A DNA stretch of 64,000 bases from Paraspadella gotoi (taxonomy: Eukaryota > Animalia > Chaetognatha): contig CM119269.1 in NCBI GenBank assembly GCA_051294375.1, positions 4,559,098-4,623,097 of the forward strand, given 5' to 3'. Positions 33,001 to 46,370 of the stretch are shown in pieces; position 1 is the first letter of the stretch, and each line of letters begins with the position of its first letter. The notes below the pieces were generated by a model that did no database searches, had not been told where the DNA came from, and saw nothing but the letters and a program-made list of their open reading frames with translations. The position numbers were made by a program, and so were the translations under genes.

Positions 33001-36000
33001 GATCGCATTTTTATAAGTCTCTGATTAAAAAAAAATTCCTCTTTTAACCTGAATCTTCGCGAGTGAGACCCGCCGACTAAGTCGGACCAATGCGTCAGGA
33101 ACAATTGAGTCGGAAAATCTTTGGGATGAGTGTTTGGCGACCAGATTCCCTTGAAGACGATCTTGTACTTGGCTTCGCCACACGCGCAGCAGGGAGGTCC
33201 GGGACTCAAACGGTTCACGCGGGGTTGCGACCCGGAGGCGCCAAAGTGTTTGTCCTTATTCTTCCGCGGCTTTTTGCCCCTTCGCTTGGGCGCTATGGCT
33301 CCACCTCCACTAACTTCCAACATCCTCCTAAGAGGATCGCACGCCATTAGACATTCTTTCTCCGTAGAGAAGTTGTTATCGTTAGCTCCACATCCGCCAT
33401 AGGTGAACCTTACGCACATACGCTTGTTAAGGTCAAAGCCGAATCGCGGAATGCTGGCGCGGCAACGCCCAGTCACACGGGGTTGCGAGCAGACTCGCTT
33501 GCTTTCCACTAATTGTTCGTCCATTGAAGACTCGCTCGCTGCTGCACCGGACGGTTCGCCTCCGACGCCCCCGGGGCCCATCTCGATCAGCGGCCGACAA
33601 ACGCCGCGGCATTGGTTCTCGGTGGCGAAGTTGTTATCGTTGCCGTCGCAGCCGCCGTAAGAAAAGGGGACGCACATGAACTTTTCAGGGGCGTAGGCGA
33701 AGCGATGGACGGCGGCTCGACACGGACCAGGGTCAAGGGGAAGCATGCAGATTCGTTTTCTTTCTTCGAGACTCATGCCGCCAAAAGACGAAGGAGAGAC
33801 GACGGGAACGAGATCCCCGGTGGAAACCACGGGAGTATCTACTACAGAGCTTGTTCCGGCCGTCAACATGTCCCTTAAGGGTCGGCACTTGTCCAGGCAA
33901 GAGGCTTCGTCTTCAAAGTTGTTTTCGTTTCCGCCGCATCCTCCGTAAACAAAAGGCACGCACATGGCCTTGTCCGCGTTGAAGGCGAACTTGGTTATTG
34001 CCGCGCGGCAACGTCCCACTTCAGGTGGCATCATGCAGACACGCTTGGCCTCCATCAGCGCCAGCGTGGGAGTCGGTTGGCGCCGCGTCGGGTCGCGAAT
34101 TGAAGCGGCGTCGATGAGGTGTCGACGCACGGGAAGGCACTCGTTCTCGCATTCTTCTTTCGACGGAAAGCGATTCTCGTTTCCTTGACAACCTCCGTAA
34201 ACAAATTGCTCGCACATCAGTTTTTCTGGATTAAATCCAAACGCGGTGGAGCTGCCTAGGCAGGGTCCCTCGTCGCGAGGTAGCATGCAGACGTGTTTGC
34301 GACGCTGCAACGAAGAGGGATCTTCCGCTTCGGTGACCGGTCCCGCGCTCAGCATTTCCGCCACGGGCCCGCACTTATCCAGGCACTTGGTCTCCGTGTC
34401 GAAGTTGTTATCGTTGCCCACGCAGCCGCCATAGAGAAACGGGACGCACATTCCCTTTTCGGGGCTAAAGCCGAAACGCGGAAAGGAGGCGCGGCAGGGG
34501 CCGGTATCCAGTGGCGCCATACAAATTTCTTTTAAAGCCGCGACGTCTTCTGGGGAAAGACGATGACTGGATGGACCGGTTCGAGACCGAGGACCATTGG
34601 CGGGCTCGACCGGTTGGGACCCACTCCTTCCAGGTCGAATCATCTCCGCCAACAGTCGGCAAGCATTTCTGCACTCGTCGCTCGTCTCGAAATTGTTGTC
34701 GTTGCCACGGCAACCGCCGAAGAGAAAGCGGACGCACAAACCGGTTTCAGGGTCAAAGGCGAAGCGGGGTATGGCGGCGCGGCAGGGGCCAGGAGTCGCC
34801 GGCTGCATGCACACGCTTTTTTGACGGAGGAGTTCGTCAGAGGAAGACGGCGAAGATACTCTCCGGCGTTCCTCTTCCCTTTCAGCCTTAAGCCTTTCTT
34901 CCTCTCTGCGACGGGACTCCTCTCGCCTCCGCTCTTCTTCCAGCCGTCTGTCTTCTTCTAGTTTTCTTCTTTCCGCCTCTTGTTTCCTCCTTTCCTCTTC
35001 GTATCTTCTTCTTTCCTCAGCTCGATTTTCTTCTTCTTTTCTTCTATTATCTTCGTGAGATTCTGGCGCTTCCTCCACTTGCCTCCGCTCAGCCTCTAGC
35101 CTTCTTCTCTCCTCTTCCTGCTTTCTTTCCTCCTGCCTTTTTTCTTCTTCCTGCTTTCTTTCCTCCTCCTGTCTCCTTCTTTCCTCCTCCTGCCTCCTTC
35201 TTTCCTCTTCTATCCTCCTCTCTTCAACTCTCCTTCTATCTTCCTCATTGCCTCCCTGTCGCCTCTCAGCTTCGATCCTCTGCCTTTCTTCTTCATGTCT
35301 TCGTCTTTCTTCTTGCCTCCGATCTTCATCTTGCCTCCTCTTCTCCGCTAATCGGGGGTCCTCTCTCGAACTACTCTGAATGCTTCCCCTTCGGAACATC
35401 GAGAGAGGATCAATCCAATCGGGCGAGGAGGAGGCGCTATGCCGACCACCACCGGCGTCGACTCTTGTCGGCATCGACACATCCGGCCTGAGCGATCCGT
35501 GACTCCCTCTATGGCGTCCACCGTGACGCCGTCTACCACGGTCCTCTTCCCGGGCTTCCGGCTTCTCGCAGAGACGAACGGTGAGGGCGCCGTCGTCGCG
35601 GTACCAGATGTGACGACGCTCGACGACTGTGGCGCGAAGGAGGACGCAGCCGCTTCCGGTGCGCGGCGCCTTCCATTTCACGTCCACTCGGGTCTTGGCA
35701 TTGTTGGCGGTCTCGACGACGGCGGAGGAGCAGCCGGGATCGGCGGACAGACGACTGGAGCCGTAGCGGGGCATGATCTGAAATTATGGTCAAAAGCGGA
35801 AAAAGGAGGATTGGACAAATCAGATCCCGAGAGGGGAAATGAGATCGAGATCCTCAAACCGAAACTGCAGATCTTCGCCCTTCCGATTGATTAACTCGAA
35901 TGTCAAGTTTGTCGACCTCAAAATCTAGTTATCGGGATAAGAAAGAGAAGGCCGCTGAATTTATCTCTCGGGCGGAGATTTTAAAAAGGGATTAAAGCCT

Positions 36001-36049
36001 TTAATTCAATTAGGACTTCGGTTTTTCCTTTTTTTACGTCGAAGAAATG

Positions 36050-36120
<71 letters not shown>

Positions 36121-36635
36121 TTCCTAAGCCACCGCCCCTGGGTAGGTTTACCCCCTGCGGCGGTAAACGTCTCACTTTCGAGTGAAAGAATAACAAAGCT
36201 TTCGCCAAAACAGTAAAAGATGGATACTGGTTCAAAAAAGGAAAGAAAATCAGAAATAAGAAAGAACACATTACCAAATTCATTCATCGTACCCCTCATC
36301 CACAATACCTGCAGCGTTCCCGGCCGTGCCCCCGCCGCATCCTCTACTTCCGGCAGCGCCGCCACCATAAATCCACGGAAAGTCTGCGCATAGTCGCCAG
36401 TGTTTTGGCCCAAAAGGGAGAGCGTGTAGACGCGTCCGGGAGCGTAACCCGACGGGTAAGTATGAACGACGAGGCGGAACCCGTTGTCCCCGGGAGTCTT
36501 GGGGGAGGCGTGGCCGTTGGGACGACGGTCGCAGCCGACGGAAAAGTCGGCGTCGTCTTGCGCCAGCGCCACCGCGATGCAGAGAAGCACAGGCGCCGCC
36601 GTAGCTGAACGAAAAAACGGCGAAGAGCGTTTCAT
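30015..36635 (-). CDS. F-spondin/spondin-1-like ECM protein with Reeler, ER/K-rich helix, 6 Kunitz, Spondin_N, TSP1 repeats and a 7th Kunitz
   Basis: Signal peptide; Reeler (SPKTPGDNGF, FRGFM, WKAPRTGSGCVLLRATVVE); Spondin_N (CCACGEAKYKIVFKGIWSPNTHPKDFP, SMLGPSP/DWFVG, PIDAGTDSGITYMS); TSP1 WSxWSPCS motifs; Kunitz FxYGGCxGNxNNF motifs. Confidence 0.9.
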
Positions 36636-37584
36636 GTTCGCGATGGTGAAAGGGGGCACGTGAAGAAATTTGGGATTGAAAAAAGACTTATTGTTTCGTC
36701 ATAAAACACGACGGTGATGGCGATTGTATTGTAATTGTAAGAGAAGAAAAATATCACATTGGAGCGAAGAAATCAAAGGCGATTGCGGGTCGGTGGTCGA
36801 TAGTCGGTCGTGACTCCCGAGAGTCGGGAAGTTCAAATGCAAAGACGATTGACCTCGAATCCGGTTTTACCGTTGGTAAAAATTATCACGTCGAGGAAAG
36901 TAATAAAAGTTGGCAGAGTTATCGACAAGTGGTTGGCAGAAGGTGAAGTAAAGAGCGAGGTGTGGGGAGGGAAAAGGGGAAGGAGGAGAAGGTTCTTCCT
37001 TCGCCGAGGTCTTTTCTCTTTAGTAATGAAAAGAAAATAAAGTTGGTTCTCGTCGGATTTTACTCGGTCGGAGGGCGCGAGGGCAACGCGGAGGGCGGGG
37101 ATCCAAGGGCCTCGCGCATCGAAGACGACGACGAGGAGAGCGCTACTCGAGGAGTCTCTTCGATTCGTTCGTGGTTTTGATTCGGGCCGAGAAAAACTCG
37201 ACCCAAAGTTCACTCCTCGCGTAAGAAATCTCGGTTCGACGATTTTCGTTTTTCTTTTTCATTTTGTTTTCTTTTTTTAAAGAATTTTGTTTGAAAACCG
37301 TCTGTTCTTGGCAGTGAACCGTGATTCCCATAAAGACTGTAAATATGAATAACAAAGTAAAATAAAAATATAAATAAGTAACTGACGTTGCAACAATTCT
37401 TTATTCTTACTATATCGTGTCATTTTAAAAAATGGCCAGATTGAAATAATACTATACCTTGAAAGCCCCCTTTGAGCATTAAATCACAAGTTGTAATATT
37501 AATTAATGTAACTTAATATTGAAAGTGCCACCTAAAACTGATGGAAACTCATGACTTATGAGAAAAAGAGAGTTGACGGGAAAT

Positions 37585-37709
37585 TAAGGAAGGAAAGAAA
37601 GAAGGAAAGAAAGAAAGCGAGAAAGAAAAAAAAATGAGAGAAAGAATGAAAGAAAGAAAGAAAGAAAGAGAGAAGGAAAGAAAGAAAGAAAGAAAGAAAG
37701 AGAGAAGGA

Positions 37710-37789
<80 letters not shown>

Positions 37790-37800
37790 AAAAAGGAAAT
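37585..37800. repeat. (GAAA)n microsatellite
   Basis: Visible tandem GAAA array. Confidence 0.95.
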
Positions 37801-38359
37801 GGGAAATAAAAGAATTAGATAATGTGAAACTAATCGCGTCATGTCCCAAAAGAGTTCAAGTTTCGGAAATGAAGCGACTAATTTTTGAATAGGAAAAATA
37901 ATCAGATAATTACGTCCGTCCGTCAAAATATGATTTCAAGCTAGTAATTTTCGAAAGAAACGAATTAGTAACTTATTTATCAAATTCAAAGGCTTGAATA
38001 TTTTTAAACCCCAACGAAGAGGATGGTTTATGACGTCAATTTAAGCCAAGGCGATGATAATCAGGAATTTCGCAAAAAAATATTCCGCCTAACCCCCGCA
38101 ATTATTTTCAAGCTGGAAAATTTAGAAGGAAGTGGCGAAAAAAAAAAAAAACAACCAAGATTTAATCGAATTTTCATAGCCAGTAAACACAAAGCAAACA
38201 ACACTCCTCGGTGTAACTTTATACGCCAGGAATTTCGCTGAGAAATTCGATATGAATTTTTAAAAATTGAAAACAATGGAAGAGAGAAAAAGAAAGAGAT
38301 AGAGAGAGCGAAGGCACTTGAAGGCGACAAAAAGGTAGAGAAAAGAGAGAAACTTGGAA

Positions 38360-39217
38360 TTAACGTCTCCCGCTCTTCATCGCGTGATGAAACATCATAA
38401 ACCGTCGCACGAGTTTCTTCGCCTTCTCCAACCTCTCGTCGCGAGAGTCACCTTCGTCGTAGAGGACGACGTCTTCGTCGTTTGGGCGGCGGAGTCGCGG
38501 AGGCAAGCGACTCAGTCTATCGCTTTCTTCCCCTTCGCAAAACTCTTCAGGCCAAGAGAGCGGGCAGCTCTCCACCGCCGCGATGGCGGCGTCGTAGGCT
38601 TCCAACAGGTGGCGTTCGTAGCGGGATTCGAGGATGAGGCGGGAGGGGTCGACGACGGGGTCGGCGTCGGCGTCGTCTTCGTTCGTATCCGAGGGTCTAT
38701 CTAGCGCAGCACGGAGAGATAGAAAGGCAAGGGAAGTCACCGCTGAAGAAAAGAGGAAAACGCTTATGAAGATTACGAAAAACTCTTGGAAAAAAAAGGG
38801 AAAAAAAAGATTTCCTTCTTTCCATTTTCTTCATATTTAACCTCTTCTGGCTTCCATCGATTGCAAAAAGGCGACGTGTGAGAGAGCCGCGCGGAGTCGG
38901 GCGATCTCCGCGTCGTTCGATCGATTGGAAGCCGACGCTCCATCGCCCTCAACTGCTCCGCTCGAAGATCGAAGTTCCAAGATGCGTCCGAGTGCTTCTT
39001 TAAAGCAGAGTTTGGCTGCACTATACTTTTTATCGACCGTGAAGAGTCGAACGCCGCGCTGGCGGAGCGTCTCGATTCTGGCCGGTGTGGCATGGCTCGG
39101 TGGGAGCGCCTCCAATGGCGCGTCGAAATCGATCTCAAAGTCTTCCTCATTCTCGTCAGATTCAGCGGCAATCGAAATAGTGTTATGTTTCGCCTCAACG
39201 TCAACGACACTCGGCAT
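38360..39217 (-). CDS. Two-exon hypothetical helical (TPR-like) protein
   Basis: GC-rich exons ~38839-39217 and 38360-~38742 with a GT-AG intron; LRQRGVRLFTVDKKYSAAKLCFKEALGRI resembles a TPR helix pair. Confidence 0.6.
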
Positions 39218-39869
39218 CAATGCACTAAATTGCGCGCGACCTCTGGAGTAAAAAATTGTAATTGAGTAAAACGCGGGTAAAAACGAGATCGTTTATAACA
39301 AAGATAATTAAATTGTAAATTATGATCCAAGGACAATAAAAAATGTGATAATGTACCCAGGGGATTAAAATGAAAATGTGACATGGAATTAGACAATGGT
39401 TACACCTGACAAGCTAAATAATGGTGACTCTATTAAACATAAATATCACAGGAAAAATTTTTAAACAAGTAAGGAAAAAAGTTTGAGATCGAGATTTTTT
39501 TTTCTTTAGTATATTTGATCGTATGAACAAACATTTCATGCATATTGCATAAGTGATGCAAAAAAAATAACAACAACGAAACAATATTCTGAACTATGAT
39601 AAGGATTGTTGAATAATGCGGATGACTAGAATAACTTTATCGGTTATCACAACACGACTAGGATCAAAGCAACTAAATAGACATTCTCCGTCGTAGTGAG
39701 ATCTAAGTAAAAAAAAAAAACAATATCGCATAACAAAAGGTCTCAAAATCTGGTCAAACAAACTGAGTTATGCAAATAAAATGATATGATAGACTGGTAG
39801 AATTTGCCATGAAAAAAAAAGTCGCCGATGATATGAGGGTGATATGCGGTACCCAGCGTGTCGTTCCAG

Positions 39870-42687
39870 TTAAAAATGATGCGCCACGTCGCCGTTGCGC
39901 GCGTCCATGGCGGGCAGGCGCGGTGCGTGCCCGTAGCGCGGCAAAGTGAAACCGAGAGCGCCGCATGCCGAATCGTCGTCGCATCGAGACTCGCATCGAG
40001 AAGAGTCGCCGTAGTCAAGGCTCGGCGTGGAACAAGGAACGCCCAGCGCCACCGCGTCGGCCCCGCCCATTTCCGGCGGGACGATTGGGCCGAGGCCCTC
40101 GAAGCCGCGCCGGTGGAAGGCGGTGCGACTGGCGTAAGAGTCGATCTCGTCGTCATCCTCATCGTACTGACTGACTCGGCGCCAGGCGCAACAGGAAGAC
40201 GGGTCCTTGACGATGGATTCTTCGGACTGACGCCGGCAGAGGCCGAAGATAAGGAGAAGCATCAAAACTGAAGAAAACGAACATTAGCTCCGCCATTAAG
40301 ATTAAGACTTCCTTCTGTCCACTCCCACTTACCCAGCATCAAAACAAAGCAGGTCAGTATGGCGCCCTCAACGATGCCAAAAAAGTCTTCGACGTCCGGA
40401 TTTGGCGCCGCCTCTCCTCGCCCACCAAGGCCGACCGAGGGCCCGTGGGGTCGCCTCTCGCCGACGCCATCGTCCTCGTCCGTCGTCGCTGTCACCGTGA
40501 TGTTCTTTTCCACGGTTCCGTTGGTGAGGTGAACCTGGAGCGTCACGTGGTAGGTGTCGCGATAAGAAGGACGATATGGTGAGTGATAATCTTCATTCTC
40601 GTTATCGTCTTCGTCGTGATTGTGCTCTTTCTTCGCTTCTCCCTCTTCGCCTTTTTCTTCAGAGACTTTTTCTCTTTTCTTTTCCCCAGAGTCGACGTCT
40701 TCGTCGTTTGCCAAAGCGGCCGCGTCGCGGTCGGCCACCAAAGCTAGGGCCACGCCTCCGGGAATGGCGCGCATATTGGGGAAGCCGGTGCTGCGGCGCC
40801 GGTGGAGGTCGTAACGTCGATCACCGAAGCGCCAAGTGACATTTTCCCATGGAATCGACGGGTAAGCGAAGAGTTCACACGTTACGGTTACCACCGACTG
40901 TAGAAAATATAAGTCGTTTACTAGAAAAAGTATCTACTGAAATAGATCCTATAAATGTGTAATATGTAATCTTACCGGGGCCAATATCTTTTGATTCTCA
41001 GGACAATCAATGGTAGGTCCGTGGTGAAGCTCTAAGCTAATCGCCACGGAAGTTGGAATTCCCCGAACCGGACCGAAAACGTGCAGCGTCAACTGTCGAG
41101 TAGGCGTGGCGCGGGAGAGGAGGGACTTGTGAAGAGTGGCTAAGATATGGTAACCCATGTTGACGCGACTGAGTTTGTAGCTGAAATGTGAGATATAGGT
41201 ATAAGTCAAAAAGTATAGGTAAGGACTAAAATTTTTTTATTTCTGTCAAGTGTTCTTTTGATCATTTTGATTATGGGGCAAAGGATATAAATTTGCATAT
41301 TAAACTTCGTGGGAGGTAACTGACGAAATAAATAACATGACATTTTTATCAATTTAAGACAAATTTTCAAAATAAAATATTTTTTATTTATTACTTTTTA
41401 AAAAAATTCTCCGCTGACAACGCTTCTCGCCCTTTTGTCTAAGATCAAAGTGTAGTATCTGCTATCAACAGCTCAATATCTGATAAGGTCTGCGGGCCCA
41501 GAATATTTAACTGATTAATGACTGATAATATTAGCCTCTTCCACGGAAACTTAAAATTATACGTAAGACTCACTTGAAGTATTTAGTTTTATTCTGCAGC
41601 GCGTGAGAATAGTTTCCATTGCCTAGCAACCAGTGGATGTCGTCGGGATGTACAACGGGATTCATGTACGCGTTACAGTTCACCTCGTATCGAGGATCGG
41701 ACTGTAAGTTGGTTTCCAAAATATTAAATAGTTTATAATTAAACTTCAGCTTCTATTAACTCATCGATCCAGCACCTCTTGAAAGACTATCTTTTTTGGG
41801 CAATCCAACCGCGGCTTAAAAGTGACGTTGAGAGACTCGGTCACGACGCACTCGGGCTTAGGGATGGAATCGTTCCATGCCGCGTGAGCCACGATGCAGG
41901 ACAACAAAGCCCCGTGCTCGTCGGATGTCAATACGAAGGTACGGTTCGAGTACACAGACGATGATCTGAAGAAATTAAGAGTGCCGCGCTGGTTTGACAA
42001 TTTTTGGCGTTTTTCGTTCCCCTTTCCGATTTTACCCTCTTTTCGGCGAACCCCTCGGGCCTTTGAAGGTGGCATTGCCCAGGCGCCAATCGATGCGCGG
42101 TCCCGGCGCAGGACCAGCGAATTCGACTTCGCAAGAGGAGGCCAACTCTCGCTTCTCGGGAAGAGCAGTAGAACTGAAAAAATGTAGCATTCGGAATTTA
42201 CTGTCGCAAGAGAGAGGAAAGTTTCACTCACGATAAAGAAGGGGCGCAGCTAGGTGGGCCAATGACGGTCAACGCTGCTGTCATAACGTTAGAGCATTTG
42301 TATAGACCCGCGTCGGAGAAGCGGACCGACTTGACGACAAGCACGTACTGATCAACGCCGACCTTGAGGAGATTGTGGCGAAAAAATACGATATACTCTT
42401 GATCAGAAGCAATCTTTGAGGACGACAAGAAAACGATTGTTGTTTACCTTGGAAAAGGCGAACCTATCCAAGTCCACGGACTGATCGATGGGGAAACCGT
42501 TGTGGGATAGGAACTCGACGCTGGCCAAATCGGGTGACTGCTTGACCCAGACGGCGGGGGTCTCCGATCGGCAAGAGAAGACAACCTCGTGACCGAGAGG
42601 CACCGCCGTCGCCTGGATCGGGGGCGACACCGCCGCCGCAGAGCAACTCGCCAAAAGAAGCAGCAACGGGGGAAGCATACGTTGCAT
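39870..42687 (-). CDS. Type I membrane immunoglobulin-superfamily cell-adhesion-like protein
   Basis: Signal peptide MQRMLPPLLLLLASCSAAA; Ig motifs VVFSC..AVW, SDAGLYKC, HGALLSCIVAH, VTCELFAYPS...VTW; TM segment GAILTCFVLML/VLMLLLIFGLC; cytoplasmic tail to stop at 39870. Confidence 0.8.
41419..41520 (+). pseudogene. U2: U2 snRNA 5' fragment/variant, antisense within an Ig-gene intron
   Basis: aacgcttctcgcccttttgtctaagatcaaagtgtagtatctg...tcaatatctgata matches the U2 5' end and keeps the branch-pairing GTAGTA; the Sm site is degenerate (attaatg) and the 3' stems are not recognisable. Confidence 0.85.
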
Positions 42688-43135
42688 GGCGATGAATTAT
42701 TTTGTCTTTTGTTTTAAATAAAGAATTTTTTTTCAATTTTGACTTTTGCCGATAGAAGTCATTGTAGCCATCTGATCGATTTAGGGGAAGCGAATTAACG
42801 TTTTAATCACATTTGGTAAATGTATTGATATGGTTCCGGGATTTCCTCGCTCGCTCATTTTGGCGCCGTTAAAATCTGGCCGAGGAAAAAAATACAAAAA
42901 CAAGGCGTTACATATTCATGATTAAATGTTTAAAAACCAACAAAATCATTACTAAAAAAATGCTACGAGAAATTTCGTCAGGAACCCAACTAATTAGTTA
43001 ATTCCAACTTTAGTATTTGTTCCGATGAACAAAGCGACGGGCAGTTCTCAAATAAATACACGAAGATCCAGAAATTTAAGAGCGAGTTCCGACAGTTCCA
43101 TAAAAAAGAGAATAGACCACATAAGAAAATGTCCA

Positions 43136-43513
43136 CTATTTTTTGTCAGCGCTTTCCAACTTCTTGAGTTCGTCCTTGTGACGTTCGATGGCCTCCTTGT
43201 GCCTCTTGATCTCCGCCTCGCGATGCATAATCTCCGTCTCGTGCTGCGAAGTCAAGCATTAAACATACATAAACAAATAAGTAAACAGTGAAACAAAGAA
43301 ACGTACCGAGCTCTTCAGGTTTTTAAGTTGATTCGCTTCTAGGTTCTTGATAAAGGCGGCCTCGGACGCACTCTCGCGCTTTTTGAAGGAATCTCCGGCG
43401 TCTTTGACGGTCCCTTCCTGGGCAAAACCGCGTACCATCGGCGCCGATATAGCGACTTGGCGGCGCGAAACGGCACTCAGCGCCAAGCGGGCGCCAGCCA
43501 TCACAAACGACAT
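43136..43513 (-). CDS. ATP5IF1: Mitochondrial ATPase inhibitor IF1 (2 exons)
   Basis: Presequence, GTVKDAGDSFKKRESASEAAFIK...QLKNLKSS/HETEIMHREAEIKRHKEAIERHK; intron 43244-43306. Confidence 0.92.
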
Positions 43514-43627
43514 TTTTTATAAAATTTTTGAACTGATATCGTAAATTTAAAAAATAAGGCGTTGGAATTGATTAATGTTTAACATACAGTATAAATATTA
43601 ATCAAGAATCGTTCTTTTTCCGACTTT

Positions 43628-44829
43628 TCAACGTTTTTTCTTATCTTTGTCCCAGCTCTTGTAAAATGCAAGACGACCCAAACAATCACGAGCGACGATG
43701 ACGTTGACCACCCCTTGCGAAGCCTGCAGCACCACTTTCAAAGAATCCAACTGCGGAAGTGCTTCGTCAAGGGTCGTGGGCGATAAGTTTGAGAGAAAGG
43801 AAACTGCAAACGCTTCATGAAAGTCTCGTCGTTCGGTGACGGAATTGGGAGGCTAAAACAAAATTATCTAGATATAACTAGTAACTTTTCTTTAACTTGC
43901 TTCAACATTTATTAAAAAGCCCACCCTCAAGCGCGACGAAGTTAGTCCTTCCAGCCCGAATTTGCTCTCGACACGCGTTCGATGAAAGCTCTGAGCCGAC
44001 ACAGTTACGACGCCGTCGACGAGGCACTTGAAAGATCGGAGTTGGGGGAGTTCGTTATGAAGGAGGCCGTCGGGACAAGAGAGATCGAGGTAGCGGAGGC
44101 CAGGGAGGCGAGAAGAAAGTACAGAAAGGAAGCGTGCTTCGCCGGCGAGGAAACCAAAGAGCTAAACCGGGTTTTGTCGGAATGAAATGTGAAATCAGTG
44201 AAATACAAGACGGTGAAACAAAGCCAGTAGCACTGACTACCTTCAATTCCACCAGATTTTTCCACTTGTCGAGTTCCTCGATGCCGTCGGCGAGAAAGAG
44301 ACCGAGGCCGTTCCCGTGAAAATGCGACGAGTAGGCGACAAACTTTTGGAGGTTTTCGTGGGCGAAGATCAACTGGGTCGTGCGTCGCGAGTCCGATATT
44401 TTTCCGCTCATCGTCATCGTCATCTTCGTCGCGTTCGTCGATTTTCGAATGAGCGACCTTAGTTTTTTCATTGTGACGTCGGTCAGGGAGTCGGCAACGC
44501 GAAGAGTTAGTGACCTTGAAAATGAGGAGAGTGAAGAATAAATGAGAAGAGTGAAGAATAAAATTAGGATTGAAAGAGACGAGACTCGTTACTGCAGCCA
44601 ACGCCAACCTGTAGGCCTGAAATATCCAGAGCTCATGGTCGAGTCTACGAAACAGCATGAGGAAATCCGTTAGGGTCAGCTCGCGGTCCTCAATCGAAAC
44701 GATTCGGTGAAGGCGATCATTGGCGCAATGCGCCATCTGCCATTCGAAGACGAGTGGCTCGTAGAGGATCAGCGACAGGAAACACCGCAGCGGGCTAAGC
44801 CCCGCCGCCGCAGAAGAGGGGTTCCCTAC

Positions 44830-44830
<1 letters not shown>
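43628..44830 (-). CDS. 3' exons of an unidentified protein (LRR-like), 5' part not found
   Basis: Four GC-rich exons with GT/AG ends, including LPGLRYLDLSCPDG...LPQLRSFKC; stop at 43628-43630; the 5'-most exon abuts (GA)n at 44833. Confidence 0.55.
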
Positions 44831-44888
<58 letters not shown>

Positions 44889-45307
44889 TTGGACTGGGAC
44901 ATCTCACTGTTGGCTTTGTGGGCTTCCGACCCTGAGTGATGCCTCTTGTCACTGGAGCGGTTACCCTAGGACGGTCTCGCTTTGCCAACGCAGAGGGAAG
45001 TCATTAGGACTGAGAGGGGAACGCAACGATTGGGAAGGCGCGTTCCCCCTGTGAGCCCATGGGAATGGCTGAAAGATGATGGATGTGAGGAGGTGTGAAT
45101 ATACCGCCACAATAGACCAATTTCGATTAAAAAGGAATCCTATGGGAAATTAGGATGTATTCACTATTCAGTTTTAGCTGGTACAGTGGTACATATTTTT
45201 GCTATGATTTTAAATCGTACATAATTTTTATATTGGTTGTACCAATTTCATAAGGAGCTTCAAAACGTGTTTTTACTCTTTCTTTTCTCTCCCCCCCCCC
45301 AAACCAG

Positions 45308-46010
45308 AGAATATATCGAGTCCCGTCTCAAGTCTTTCCAGAAAAAGCTGCTCCGCGTAGGCGACGCGTTCGGCGGCGGCGATGACGCTGACGCTGCGGG
45401 GATTCGGAAGCAACTCATCCAGCGGTTTCACTGCATCTCTTGCGACAATCCCGTCAAGGTGGCGCCACAAGCGCCGATACCCAGTCTTCCGCAAGTGAGT
45501 AGGGGTTTGCACAAGAGCGAGAGAGAGAGGAGGGGGGGAAAGGAAGCGTGAGAAGTCACTCTCATTATCAGAGAGAGAGAGAGAGAGTTTTCACAAATTC
45601 CGACCTTTTCACAACCTTTTCCTATTGCTATTTTTAGTGCCATTAGTGCAATTTTTCTTGCTCAATACTCATCGTTTAATCTTCTTATTGTCTTAATTGT
45701 CAAATTGTCTCTTTTATTTAAAAAAAAAAAAAAATTTTCCTATTGCTTTTCTCTCACACCCTTCATCTCCAGGGAGACGGGTTGCCCCCGAACCGTTCCC
45801 CGCGTCCTTACACGACCTACGAGTTGGAGCAGATACGTCAGCATCAGAAGCAGATGCAGAGCGGCGACTACTTGGAAGGCGTCGGCCAGGCGCGTCCCTG
45901 CGGCGGAACCCACACCGTCACCTTTCCACACAAGAGAATCACCAAAGTCTCGCCCGCCACGCCCTTCATCGACGAGAGACCGGAAATGGCTGTCTCCGAA
46001 CCCGCACCAG

Positions 46011-46101
<91 letters not shown>

Positions 46102-46301
46102 GTTTACAGTTAGTAAAATTAATGCAGTGAGTCTGTGAAAAAACCGAAGTCGCTTTCCTGGACGCCTTTTTACTTTTAGTATCATCGGGAATCAAAAACG
46201 AATTGGATATCCAAGGGGTCGATGGTCACATCTACAAGGGGCGCGTCGATGTCTCAAGATTTCCTCCAGTCGCCAACGGTGAGAGGACAGAGGATGAATG
46301 A
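45308..46301 (+). CDS. QRICH2/DUF4795-like coiled-coil protein, C-terminal block (exons 45308-45494, 45773-46010, 46180-46301)
   Basis: DAAGIRKQLIQRFHCISCDNPV, RPYTTYELEQIRQ, RPCGGTHTVTFP and DIQGVDGHIYKGR are motifs typical of QRICH2/C16orf96 C-termini; TGA at 46299-46301. Confidence 0.85.
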
Positions 46302-46370
46302 AACGAAACGAAAGATGAAAACCAATCGCGTTTAATATAATATAATATAATATAACGTTTAATCTTCAAC

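Noticed and set aside
29899-35894. Numerous plus-strand ORFs overlapping the spondin gene (and likewise GAPDH, GOT2, IDH3A)
   Set aside because: Antisense shadows of GC-rich coding exons.
37549-37926. FFLS/ERKK-repeat ORFs (also the RERE/SLSL ORFs at 36.0, 46.0, 47.0, 47.7 and 52.5 kb)
   Set aside because: Translations of microsatellites.
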